Shown here piece after piece: positions 11,716 through 23,727 of a stretch of 64,000 bases of DNA (positions within the stretch are counted from its first letter, which is position 1; the number at the start of each line of letters is the position of its first letter). Source of the stretch: Scyliorhinus canicula (Eukaryota). The position numbers and the translations under genes were made by a program. The notes under the pieces were generated by a model. The model saw nothing but the letters and a program-made list of their open reading frames with translations, searched no databases and was not told the origin of the DNA. The stretch lies in the NCBI RefSeq assembly GCF_902713615.1, contig NC_052158.1, positions 49,515,531-49,579,530 of the forward strand. Direction: 5' to 3'.

Positions 11716-12855
11716 AGATCTTCAGTATAATTTTTGGACTTTCTGGACTACTTAGCCTTGATGGCCACTCGGTAGTAAAAAAAACGAACTAAACGAGACC
11801 TGCCATCCAATACCTATTTACATATGTCATATCTTTACGCTGAAAAATTGAATATTAGCAAGTGTTGGGTTTGCACCCACATCCTCGTCCAGTCAAGGGA
11901 AGGAATACCTCTCCAATCTCTCCCCCTTCATACCGCAGAAACAGTTGAATGGATTTTACGACAAAATCAAACAGGCATCAGGGGAGATTGGAGGAATATG
12001 AAAATATGGAAGTCTGCTGGCTATGACATGACTAAATTTTCAGCTTCATATCAACCTAACTATAATCATGCCCTAACTCCACCCTCCCTCACTGTCCACT
12101 CATATAATGTTCAAGGTTCCGTATGTTTTAATAAATCAGAGAAAGGAAAGTTAATGGGGCAAAGTAGGTGCAACCTACCAATATAATCCCCTGGATGACA
12201 TCAGCTGATGATTTTACAGCCTACAATGGAACCTATTTCATATGTGGCACTAAAGCATATCCGTGGCTCCCCATGGATTGGACAGGATCCTGCTTTTTGG
12301 GATATGTCATACCCCAAATGCATCATCGACCCACCCTTAAGCACTCCCCCTCACGAGCAAAAAGAACAATTTCTAAAACGGCACGGGCAAGGCATGAACG
12401 AACTGATCTACATGGCCTCAGCATTGGAACATCTGGCAAACGTAATGGCAACAGAAGCCAGGGACACTGGACAGGCACTGGCCGAGGTCTCAGCTGAGCT
12501 AGTGGCTGTCCGGACCGTGGCATTACAAAATCGACTGGCTTTGGATTATCTGTTAGCCTCGCAGGGAGGAACGTGCGCTATCATAGGCCAAGAGTGCTGT
12601 ACTTACATTCCAGATGGCTCTGAAAATATCACTAACCTGGCCGACCATATTAAGAGACAGGCTGCTCAAATTCAAGAAATTGGCAGTGAATTTCACGACT
12701 ATAACCCGCCGGGTTGGCTAGGATGGTTGGGTCATGGATTATTTGACTGGATCTTTAAGGCCTTTCTTCTACTGCTACTAATACTACTAGGGATAGGATT
12801 GCTTGCCTGCTTGTGTAAATGCATTTTCAAACGAATCATGGATATACCTATTTAG
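11712..12855 (+). pseudogene. env: Gamma-type envelope, frameshifted
   Basis: Signal peptide MKIFSIIFGLSGLL, CWVC, RAKR cleavage site, LQNRLALDYLLASQGGTC-AIIGQECC, hydrophobic TM anchor. Confidence 0.95.
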
Positions 12856-12874
12856 CTGGTTGTCATGATATGAC

Positions 12875-12886
12875 AAAAGGGGGGAG
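12875..12886 (+). promoter_or_regulatory. Polypurine tract
   Basis: AAAAGGGGGGAG directly before the 3' LTR TG. Confidence 0.9.
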
Positions 12887-13462
12887 TGTGGTATTGTGTG
12901 AAGCAAATAATGGCATGATGGGAAAACTAGTCAAGTCTTCTTGGTACAATTGAATTTAAACCTAAGGCACAGATACAAACAGCCGAGGTCAACCAAGAAC
13001 TGGCTGACTCTAACACTCAGATAAGACGCGTTCGTCATGAGACCAGAGGAGTCTAAATATATACGATAAGCTAAAAAACTGTCTCTGCCTGTATGTAAAC
13101 AAGTTTGTCCAGTTCTTAAAACAAAGACAAGATAATGATATGAAACTCAAGTCCCCTAAAGGTCCGCAAGGTGACGCCATTGTAACGATTATTACTTATG
13201 TTTTACTTTCGATCAAATTCCTGACCAAGCTGTATTCATGTTATCTTGATCCTATAATGTATAAGAATCGCCTTCTTTTCTGTACTATCGCAGACTTGGG
13301 ACGGACTCCGCAGTTTGTAATTGACTGCCTTCCGATCCAAGTATCAGCCATTTTCTGCTAGCAGTTCTAATTAGTGAATAAAGTTCAGTTTTGCTTATCT
13401 AATGAATGCTGTTTGAATTTCTCTATCACAGTCAAGACGCGGGGAAAATATAAAATACAACA
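12887..13462 (+). repeat. 3' LTR (576 bp)
   Basis: No difference from 4905-5480 found by eye. Confidence 0.97.
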
Positions 13463-14022
13463 CCTATCCAATGACCATTTGAATGCATTTAGTGTTGGTG
13501 AGTCTACTACTGTTGCAGGCACGGCATTCCACGCTCCTACTACTCTGAGTAAAGAACCTGCCTCTGACATCTGTCCTATATCTATCTCCCCTCAATTTAA
13601 AGCTATGTCCCCTCGTGCTGGACGTCACCACCCGAGGAAAAAGGCTCTCGATGTCCACCCTATCTAATCCTCTGATCATCTTGTATGCCTCAATTAAGTC
13701 ACCTCTTAACCTTCTTCTCTCTAACGAAAATAGCCTCAAGTCCTTCAGCCTTTCCTCATATGATCTTCCCTCCATACCAGGCAACATTCTTGTAAATCTC
13801 CTCTGTACCCTTTCCGATGCTTTCACATCCTTCCAATAATGTGGTGACCAGAACTGTACACAATACTCCAAATGCGGCCGCACCAGAGTTTTGTACAACT
13901 GCAACATGACCTCATGGCTCCGAAACTCAATTCCTCTACCAATAAAAGCTAACACACCATACAGCTTCTTAACAACCCTCTCAACCTGGGTGGCAACTTT
14001 CAGGGATCTATGGACATGGACA
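13463..14022 (-). mobile_element. CR1/HER1 LINE RT C-terminal fragment
   Basis: LYKTLVRPHLEYCVQFWSP, FSLERRRLRGDLIE, TRGHSFKL motifs. Confidence 0.92.
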
Positions 14023-14024
14023 CC

Positions 14025-14500
14025 GGAGTCATGGTGTTACTCCCTGCATCACAGTGATACTCGCCGAGTCACAGAATCACGCCCGAGTCACAGTGTTATT
14101 CCCCAAATCAGTGTTACTCTCCGAGTCACGGTGATACTCTCCGAGTCACAGGGTGACTCTCCGACTCACGGTGTTACTCCCCGAGTCATGGTGTGTTTCC
14201 CTGCGTCATGGTGATACTCTCCGAGTCACGGTGATAATTTTCGAGTCACAGTGTTACTCCCCGCACCACGGTGTTACTCCCTGAGTCACGGTGTTACTTC
14301 CTGAGTCACGTTACTTCCCGAGTCACTGTGTTACTCCCCAAGTCATGGTGGTACTCACCGAGTCACAAATCACTCCACGAGTCACAGTGCTACGGCCAAA
14401 TCACAGTGGTACTCCACAATTCTCAGAGCCACTGAATAAGTTACTCCCCAAGTCACAGTGTTACTTCCTGAGTTACAGTGTAAGCCCACAGGTCTGAGTC
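14025..14500 (+). repeat. 20-bp minisatellite (CCGAGTCACAGTGTTACTCC)n
   Basis: About 22 imperfect tandem units with a quasi-palindromic GAGTCAC-N-GTGTTACTC core. Confidence 0.85.
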
Positions 14501-15145
14501 ACTCCCTGAATAAGAGTAACTTCCCAAGTACTGGTTCATTCTTCTCTCCCAATCTCTTCTCTGCTCCTCCCTCCTATCGCCATCTCTCTTGTCTAGGTGC
14601 TGATCCTACAACTGCTAAATAGCTGCTCTGGATGCTATGGATCTTCCTTTTCTGGTCTGCTGTTAAACAGATCTGAGGCTACACATCTCACACTGATATT
14701 ATCATAGAATCCCTAAAGTGCAGAAGGAGGCCATTCGGCACATCGTGCCTGCACCAGCCCTCTGAATGGGCACTCCAACCCAGGCCCAATCGCCCACTCT
14801 TTCCCCGTAACCCCATCTTGGGACAATTTAGCCTAGCCAATTCACCTATTCTATCAGTTTGAAAGCCTCCGAGGATGGAGAATGTTATTCCCACACTAGA
14901 AATCTCTTTCACAGGGAAGGAGGTTTTTAGAGATGGCATTCTACAATATCCACACTTGTTCAGGAATGAATATTCAGTGATGGATTAAGATTCCTATGAA
15001 TTTCATCCCATAATATTCACGCTAATAATCAGGCAGTCTGACTATCCTGTGGGCAATCAGGTGTGGAAATGCCCCTTATGCTGTTTGTGAAGATCCAGCT
15101 CAGAGACCAGTTTACTCGATGTTTTGTGCTGAATTGGTTGACTGA
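14500..15145 (+). promoter_or_regulatory. Inverted, internally deleted copy of the ZNF promoter module
   Basis: 14650-14930 and 14937-15145 match the reverse complement of ~40560-40670 and ~40160-40295; the core promoter/exon 1 between them is missing; SINE inserted at 14702-14850. Confidence 0.75.
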
Positions 15146-15714
15146 AGCAAACCCAACCCAGGGAAAGAGCCTGGAAGTTGGGTTACTTGTTCCAGAGTAG
15201 TGGAGTATACTGGGAGTCAGGCCTGGTGACCTGGGAATGAGTGAGGAGGATGCTGAGAAAGGACAAGCTGGGTGGAAGGCCATTCTTGGAGAACTGGCAT
15301 TGTATCGAAGTTTAAAAACTAAAACATAAAACAGCTGTCACCCTCACACACTCCATCCATGTCAACTGATGCCCCAACACGCCCCTCCCAGATGACCCCT
15401 CATGCCCTCCATGTCATCCTATGTACCCGGTCGGAACTCCCACATATTTTGCATGCCAAATTATGCATCCAATTTACGGTTCCTCCAGAGTACCCAATTC
15501 ATTTTTTCCAATTAAGGGGCAATTTAACGTGGCCAATCCACCTACCCTGCACATCTTTGGGTTGTGGGGGCGAAACCCACGTAAACACAGAGAGAATGTA
15601 CAAACTCCGCAATCATAGTTCCTCCATGCCAACCTGTTCTCCACCCAGTCCACATGGCCCTTTATAGTCTCTATGCCAACTTTGTGCTCATTCAAATCGG
15701 CCCATGCCCCTCAC

Positions 15715-17700
15715 CCGGGAATGTATAATAAGGGACAAAGAAATAGCTGAGCAATTGAATACATACTTTGGTTCTGTCTTCACAAAAGAGGACACAAATC
15801 AGATACCAGAAATGTTGGAGAATTAAAGGTTTAGTGAGAGGGAAGAACTGAGGGAGATCAATATTAGTAGAGAAATGGTGCTGTGAAAATTGATGAAATT
15901 GAAGGCGGATAAATCCCCAGAGACTGATAATCTGCATTCCAGAGTTCTTAAGGAGGTAGCTCTGGAAATAGTGAATGCCTTGGTGGTCATCTTCTGGGAT
16001 TCTATGGACTCGGGAACAGTCCCTGCAGATTGGAGGGTAGCTAATGTCACTGCAATATTCAAAAAGTGAAAAGGGGCTGGTTTAGCACACTAGGGGCTGG
16101 TTTAGCACACTGGGCTAAATCGCTGGCTTTCAAAGCAGACCAAGGCAGGCCAGCAGCACGGTTCAATTCCCGTACCAGCCTCCTCGAACAGGCGCCGGAA
16201 TGTGGCGACTAGGGGCTTTTCACAGTATCTTCATTGAAGCCTACTCGTGACAATAAGCAATTTTCATTTCATTTTCATTTTCGAGAGAAAACAGGGAATT
16301 ATAAACCAGTAAGCCCAGCATCGGGAGTGGGGGAAAATCTTGAATCCATTATGATGGACTTTATAGCGGAATATTTAGAAAGCAGTGGCAGGATCAGTCA
16401 GAGTCAGCATGGATTTATGAAGGGGAAATCATGCTTGACAAATCTGTTGGAATTATCTGAAGATGTAACGAGTACAGTTGACAAGGGGGAGCCAGCAGAT
16501 GTGGTATATTTGCACTTTCAAAAAGACTTTGACAAAGTCCCGCATAAGAGATTATTGTGCAAGATTGAAGCGCGTGGAATTGGGGGAAGGGTATTGAGAT
16601 GGATAGAAAACTGGTTGGCAGAGAGGACACAAAGAAGAGGGATTAATGGGTTCTTTACAAATTGTCAGGCAGTAACTAGTGGAATGCCACAGGGATGGGT
16701 GATGGGACCCCAGCTATTCACAATATATATTCATGATTTGGATGGGAGGATAAAATGTAACATCTCAGTTTACAGATGATATCAAGTTGGGTTGGAGGGT
16801 GAACTGTGACGAGGATGCAGAGACAATACAGTATGATCTGGACAGGTTGGGTAAGTGGGCAAATCAATGGAAAATGCAGTATAATTTGGATAAGTGTGAG
16901 GTTATTCACTTTGTAAGCAAAAACTGGAAGGCAGATTACTACCTGAATGGTTGTAAATTGGTGAGGGGAGTGTGCAGCGAGACCTGGGTGTCCTTGTGCA
17001 CCAGTCACCGAAGGTAAGTATGCAGGTACAGCAGGTGGTAAAGAAGGCTAATGGTAAGTTGGCCTTCATTGTGAGAGGTTTCGAGTACAGGATCAGGGAT
17101 GTGTTGTTGCAATTATACAGGGCCTTGGTGAGGCCACAACTGGAACATTGTGTTCAGTTTTGGTCTCCTTTTCTGAGGAAGGATGTTCTTGTTCTCGAGG
17201 GAGTGCAGTGAAGGTTTACCAGACTGATTCCAGGGATGGCGGGACTGTCATATGAGGAGAGATTGACTAGTTTAGGATTGTTCTCACTCGAGTTCTGAAG
17301 AATGAGGGGGGATCTCATAGTGACTTATAAAATTCTAACAGGACTCAACAATGTAGATGCAGGGAAGATGTTCCCGATGGTGGGTGTGCCCAGACCCAGG
17401 GGTCACAGTCTGAGGATTCAGGGTAAACCATTTCAGACAGAGATGAGGAGACATTTCTTCACCCAAAGAGTAGTGAGCCTGTGGAATTCATTACCACAGG
17501 AAGTCATTGATGCTAAAACATTGACTATATTCAAGAGGCAGCTAGATATAGCACTTGGGGCAAATTAGATCAAAGGCTATGGGGAGAAAGCAGGATTAGG
17601 CTATTGAGGGATGATCAGCCATGATCGTGATAAATGGCAGAGAAGGCTGGAAGGGCCAAAAGACCTCTTCCTGCTCCTATCTTCTATGTATGTATCGATG
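15715..17700 (+). mobile_element. CR1/HER1 LINE, 5'-truncated, decayed
   Basis: QHGFMKGKSCLTNL, YLHFQKDFDKVPH, LVRPQLEHCVQFWSP; SINE inserted at 16073-16280. Confidence 0.92.
16073..16280 (+). mobile_element. Short tRNA-derived SINE with (TTTCA)n tail and duplicated head
   Basis: GGGGCTGGTTTAGCACAC twice, GGTTCAATTCC B-box; second copy at 35407-35580 (minus). Confidence 0.75.
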
Positions 17701-18387
17701 TATATCCACTGCTCTTACACCAACCATACCAGCTCACCCGTTATCAACAATGGGCAGATCTCAACAACCATGCTGGGGTTAAATAAAATGAATTTCCAAG
17801 TGTCTGTTGTAAACTTTATTTTTTTAACCCATTGATTGATTTTAATAACCCACTTAGTACATTTACATTCCTTCTAACAAACATTTCATTCAATTGCCTC
17901 ACCCTGTCTTTAAAAAAAGCATTGAAATTCATAGTCCCACATCAAGTGTCGATAACCACTTGGAGCTGTCAATCAAAATCATATGGCAGGCACCCGACTG
18001 TAGCAATGGATGGTTGTGAAATGTATCATGCAACATTAATCCAGTCAATCCATGAGTCTTATGTTATCAAACAGCGTGAAAGGCAATACTTTTTAACATT
18101 CCTGTTTCTCCACCATTAAAAGCAGGAGGTTTAAATATCTGGATAAAAACAGGTTTAAATATCTGGATGGCTTAACAGCTCCTTTTGACAGTTAATCTTG
18201 ACACTTTTGACAATTACTTTTGACCATTCTTTAAATTCTCAGTTCCAGTGAGTTTATGCACTTTTCTTGCACCTTCATTTTTATTTTCAGGGATCTCAAA
18301 AGGGCAGTTTCCCTTTTGAGCTGCTGCTGGCCAGAAGTTGTAGGCAATACAATCTGAGACAGATTGTGCCCCATTTCATTCAAAGTT

Positions 18388-19361
18388 TAATTGCACAAGC
18401 TTACAATGAAACTCATTCTGCTGTTGAGGATCTCATTGTCTCTTTGGAGATGCTGTTAAAGAATTTCATTGTTCCTCTGTAGGTGCTGCTGAAGAATCTC
18501 ATTGTTTCTTTGCAGATGCAGCTGAAGAATCTCATTAGTTCTTTGCAGATGATGCTGAAGAATCTCATTGTTTCTTTGCAGATGCTGCTGAAGAATCTCA
18601 TTGTTTCTTTGCAGATTCTGGCTAATGTTTGTCTTAAATTCAGTCAAAGTATGCCGAGGCAAGTTAGAAGTGGTCTGATAATTTACCATAGTTTCAACCT
18701 GTTCCTGATGTAAGCGCGCAAGTAGTTTCAGATCATCTTCCTTTTCCTCACCAGCAACATGGGTCTGATGTTGTCCGTGTGCTCGTGGAGACGGTGGAGC
18801 TTCTACTCCCAAAGCCGCAGGTTCCTCACCACCGGAAGGTTCGGAGTGACTTCCCTCCACCACAGCAGCCAGATCATCACAGACCTCCTCCTTCACACAG
18901 GCAACAATATTTAACTTTAACTCACCAACACTACCCTCCAAATGAGATGTCTTACCCTCCTGACACTCCTCTCCCTCCTCCACTGCAGCTGCCATGCCAC
19001 ATTGCTGTGAGGTATTCACCTCCATCCCTTCCTCATCAGCCCTTTCAGGAATCTCGGACACTGCTGCCAACTCTCCTCCATCACCATCTGATGTGTCCAG
19101 TGACACCTGTGTATCTGTCAAAGGAAGAAAATCACAGTTATTATCTTTTGTCACACAAATTAACTCTCCTCCTGATGGTTTAAACACTCAGCTGCTGACA
19201 TCACCTTCCCTCATCCCCATATCTGATCCACCATTGGTTATCGTGGGGGTGGAGAAGCCAAACAGCTTCCTTGTGAACTCCTCCTGTTCCGTCAGCTCCT
19301 TGCTGTACGGAACCCGCCGTCCAGTCAACAAGTGCTCCTGGGCGTTATGGGTCAGATTTAC
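18388..19361 (-). pseudogene. Harbinger Myb/SANT-protein-like C-terminal exon with 11-aa coiled-coil repeat
   Basis: Acceptor tttcttcctttAG at 19362-3; frame VNLTHNAQEHLLTGRRVPYSKELTEQEE resembles the K.AHN.RE...TGGG.P...LT..EE segment; acidic linker; (LQRNNEILQQH)n; two in-frame stops. Confidence 0.5.
18425..18620 (-). repeat. 33-bp coding tandem repeat (~6 copies)
   Basis: gaagaatctcattgtttctttgcagatgctgct units. Confidence 0.9.
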
Positions 19362-19880
19362 CTAAAGGAAGAAATTAAAAATGAATCATTGTCCAGACTT
19401 TGCTGTGTTGTCTTGTGATACGTTTTCCAAGTATTGGAGACAGTTTTCTGCCTGCACCCAATGGGGACTTCTGATTAGAGATAAAGCTTATGAAAAAGTC
19501 AGAGCCATCTCCAAGGCAACTGCATTTTACAAAAGCTCATAAAATAGTGAAAAAATATAACGTGATCTTTCAGTAATTTTAACTCAAAATCTGCGATTTA
19601 AAGTTTCAACAATTAGCATATATATATATATATATATATTTAATATTCAGATATTTCTGTCTTGGCCATCGCAGGGAAACCCGAGCACAAGCTGCAGCAT
19701 CTAAGCATATTAATATCTTCTTTTGGTGGTGTTTAGCGGTCTGGTCAAAGGTTAAATTGAGCTCTTGAAATTATTAGACTGATGATGGAAGAGGTTGGAG
19801 ACAGATACTGCTGAGACAGAGTGCTTTGGAAGGACAGCTCCCCTGTCTGAACACTGGAGGGGAAACAACACAGACAACTC

Positions 19881-20065
19881 TCAGTGTAAGGGAAGTAGGT
19901 GAGCCGCAGTGTGAATGTGTTGGTGTCTGTGGAGGTCTGACGACCGTGAGAATGATTTGTCACACATGTTGCATGTGAACGGTTTGTCTCCTGTGCAAAT
20001 GTGTTGCTTTGTGCGAAGGGAATGTGACTTGGGGAAAGATTTATCACATACCGTACAAGTGAATT
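19881..20065 (-). pseudogene. C2H2 zinc-finger remnant (two fingers)
   Basis: CTVCDKSF..., CNMCDKSFSRSSDLHRHQHIH; truncated upstream by a CR1 3' tail (20070-20370). Confidence 0.8.
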
Positions 20066-21189
20066 TGTAGATTTTAAAACAAGGGAGCATTTTTTAAAAA
20101 TAGGGCTGGACCTTTCAGGAAAGTTGTTGTTCGGAAGCACTTCTTCAAGGTAAGTGTCTTTGCGGTTTGGAACTCTCTCCCACAAACAGCAGTGGAAGTG
20201 AGATCAATTGTTAATTTTAAATCTGAGATAGATAGGTTTTTGTTAAAAGATGTTAAGTGATATGGATCGGTCGGATGCAGGTATATGGAGTTAGGTCACA
20301 GATCAGCCATGATGTCATTGAATGGTGACGCAGGTTCGAGGGCTGAATGGCCTATTCCTGTTCCTCTGAATACATTGGGGTACGCGGATGCCATCGACTC
20401 TGAAAATAGCTGTTCACATACTTGCATGGTAAGGCTTTGACGAATTAGCGCTGACAGAGGGTCGATGACCATGAGAATGATTAGTCAGATAGCGTGACTT
20501 ATTTGCCCTCCATTTTGCCGTGGGTCGTTACCTAACCTCCCTATTTGGTGCCAGACCCGATAGATGTGTCTGGTGCTTAGGTTGAATTAGAAAAACGTGT
20601 TTGTTGATCTTCATGCTGTCTGCTGAAGACAGTGCCACGTCATCTTTTAACATCTTTATTAAAATTGCTTTAGTATACTGGACTACACTACATAGATTCA
20701 AAATCCCTCAGAATAAGTGCCAATTGCCCAAATACATTGTTGTTAATAAGTCCTAATCATTTATCTTCCCATAACATCGTCAAGGGTTAAATTGAACTAA
20801 TTGGACTGATGGTGGGAGAGGTTATTTGTCACACACCTCGCACCTGAAGGGTTGCTTTACCGAAAGGGAGAAGCAAAAAATAAATTATGGTCCAGACTTT
20901 GCTGTGCTGTCTTGTGAAAGTTTTTCCAAGTGTTGGAGAGTTTTCAGTCTGCACCCAGGGGAACTTCTGACTAAAGATCAATCTTATGTCAAAGTCAGAG
21001 CCATCTCCAAGACAACTGCATTTTAAAATACCTCATAAAATTAGTAACATTAAAATTAAACATGTGATCTTTCTGTATTTTCAGCTCAAAAACTATGATT
21101 TAAGTTTCAAACATTAACATATGTATATTTAATATTCTGTATTTAATATTCAGAGCACTAGAAGGTAAACAATACAATTCTCAGTGTGA

Positions 21190-22300
21190 GGGAAGCAGGT
21201 GGCCCGCAGTGTGAACGCACTAATGTCTGAGTGAAAATATATTTTTTTTACACAGCAGTGTATTCAGAGGGCTGATTAGTCTGAGAATGATGTGTTGCAT
21301 ACCATAGATTTGAATGGTTTGCCTCCTGTGTGAATGTGTTGCTGTGTGCAGAGAGAAGGTGACTCAAGGAATGATTTGTCACAGACCATACATGTGAATA
21401 TGATAATGTACGCAAGAAGCTGATGTACGCGAGAATAGTTTGTCACGTACCTTGCATTGCAAGAGTTTCTCCCCTGTGTGAAGACGCTGGTGTTTACCGA
21501 GAGACGATGACTGTGCAAATGATTTGTCACACACCTCGCACGTAAATGGTTTCTCCCCCGTGTGAAGGCGTTGGTGTTCACGGAGGTTCCATAACTTTGA
21601 AAATGATTTGTCACACATTTTGCATGGGAAGGGTTTCTCCCCTGTGTGAATCCTCTGGTGTGATCGAAGAATGGTACTTCGACTGAAAGTCATCCCACAA
21701 ACATCACACGGGAAGGGTTTCTCTCCTGTGTGAAGGCGTTGGTGTTCACGGAGGTTTGATGAGAACGAGAATGATTTATCACAAATTTTGCACGTGAAGG
21801 GTTTCTCCCCTGTGTGGATGCGTTGGTGATTACGGAGGGTCGACGAGAATGAGAATGATTTGTCACAGATTTTGCAGGTGAAGGGTTTCTCCCCTGTGTG
21901 AATGCGTTGGTGTTGACGGAGACCTGATGACCATGTGAACGATTTGTCACACACGTCACACGTGAAGGGTTTCTCACCTGTGTGGTGGCGTTGGTCTTTA
22001 CGGAGGGTCGATGGAAACAAGAATGATTGGTCACACATTTTCCACATGAAGGGTTCCTCCCATGTGTGAAGGTACTGGTGTTGATGGAAGGTCGATGACT
22101 GCGAGAATGAATTGTCACACACCTCTTATAATCCTGTGCCTGACACACACCTCACAGTTGAACATCCTCTCACCTGTAGGAATGAGTCAGTGGTTCATGA
22201 GGTTAGATGAATGATTGAAACTCTCACCACACATGGAATCCACTCACACTTCTTTGCAGCCTCACACTGACCGATCGGCAACAGGTTCCACAACACTGAC
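21190..22300 (-). pseudogene. C2H2 ZNF gene/pseudogene; six intact fingers in ORF 21379-22122 flanked by degenerate fingers
   Basis: TGEKPF linkers, CX2CX12HX3H; broken fingers, stops and frameshifts on both sides. Confidence 0.8.
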
Positions 22301-23196
22301 CAGTTTCAGAACTGATGCTATATTAAAGTTCTCTTGACCCGACCGAATTCCAGATGATGGTTTCAATGCCCAACCTTCTCTGTGCTGAGCATTGTTGAGA
22401 AGGGACTGCATGTGCATTTATTCCTTGGGTGATGGTCAGGATCTATCCACGATATCTATCCTCTCTGTATTCTCAAAACAAGAAAAGGAAAGATTATTTC
22501 CTTCAAATCCTCTTCTCTTTTGCTGAACAGTGAGTGTCAGTCTGCTATTTCCCTGTGTGGGGAGTCAGATGCAAATCCTTTCTTTTTCCTGTCTCACACC
22601 CTCTGTTTTCAGCAGGGACAATGGACAGTGACCAGGAGCAGACAACATGGCTATTTTCTTTATTCCTCCCAGACCTCATCTTCCCAGGCACCGTGATGGC
22701 AATGGAAAAAAGACAGTTGGGCAGAGTGTAAAACAGGCTATCAATTCACCAAGAACTCGTATTGTCCTTGCAAAGACCAGTTTTACCCTTCAAATATGTG
22801 CTTAATATAAAAACACAGAAGAAATGTTAATTCAATGGAGATTTTGAAATTTCTCGACTTGTTTTCCCAAATTATTTGAAGAAAACACACTGGGCAGGAA
22901 GTGCTGGAAGCTAAAGAAAACATTTCTTCAATGTAGCTGATTGAAGAGTCTGGTTTATCCTGGGAAATTAGATACACTGCACTCACTCAGACTGCACATC
23001 CCAAATTCAGCTCTCAGGCACAGCACTGGGCAACTATCAAATCCAAGCCCAGGCTTCTGGGAAAGGCTGAGGCCTTCAGGTAAAATCTTTAAAGACATTA
23101 AAATACATTTTAATACATATGTCACTGGCCTCAGATAATTCCACCTCACCTTCTCATATTCAGCAATGACCCATCAACAAAACTCAGCCTGTAAAT

Positions 23197-23620
23197 CAGA
23201 AGGGAAATGCTTCCAATAAACACTCAATATCCAACACACAGCCAATCAAACAGCTCAGCACAAAGCACCGAGTAAACAGGTCTGTGAGCTGGATCTTCTG
23301 ACACAGCATAAGGGGCATTTCCACAGCTGATTGCCCACAGGATAGTCAGACTGCCTGAACATTAGTGTGGATATTGTGCAATGTAATGATTGTAAATTGT
23401 GCTCCTTCACTCACCATCTCCTGACTTGGTTTAGAGTCCCTACAGGAAGTGAAGCAGCTGTGGTAGAGGAAGAGGAGAGAATGGGCAGAGTGGGTGGGCT
23501 CTCTGATTGACGTCTCTCACAGACAATCCAAATATTTCTGCAGTAACAGGAGTTTCCTGAAGTTTGGGAAACTGACCGGGGAAACGGAGGCGGCTTTGAG
23601 CAGCAGCTCAGGTGGGGATT
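23197..23620 (-). promoter_or_regulatory. ZNF promoter/first-exon module, copy 1
   Basis: ATG/GTGAGT donor at 23415/23414; ETS-like ACAGGAAGTG, GGGTGGG box, CRE-like TGACGTC; repeated at 40105 and 49717. Confidence 0.7.
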
Positions 23621-23727
23621 TAATAGAGATTTATCATGTGGGAATAGCATTCTTCATCGCTGTCGGCTTTCAAATTGACATCAGTGTGGGATGTGTAGCC
23701 TCGGATGTGTTTGACAGCAGATCAGCT

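Larger units (their letters stand above)
4905..13462 (+). mobile_element. Endogenous retrovirus provirus (epsilon/gamma-like, class I), defective
   Basis: LTR-PBS-gag-pro-pol-env-PPT-LTR order; YVDD RT; gamma-type env with CxxC, ISD and CX6CC. Confidence 0.97.

Noticed and set aside
11712-12855. Domesticated syncytin-like env
   Set aside because: At least three frame disruptions, a deleted fusion peptide region, and location in a young provirus
14025-14500. 20-bp repeat as CRISPR or coding repeat
   Set aside because: No spacers; overlapping ORFs are low-complexity translations of the minisatellite
23411-23650. Conserved SESPPTLPILSSSSTT ORF repeated at 49933
   Set aside because: Non-ATG or variable start; runs through promoter motifs; conservation is at DNA level and extends into the intron
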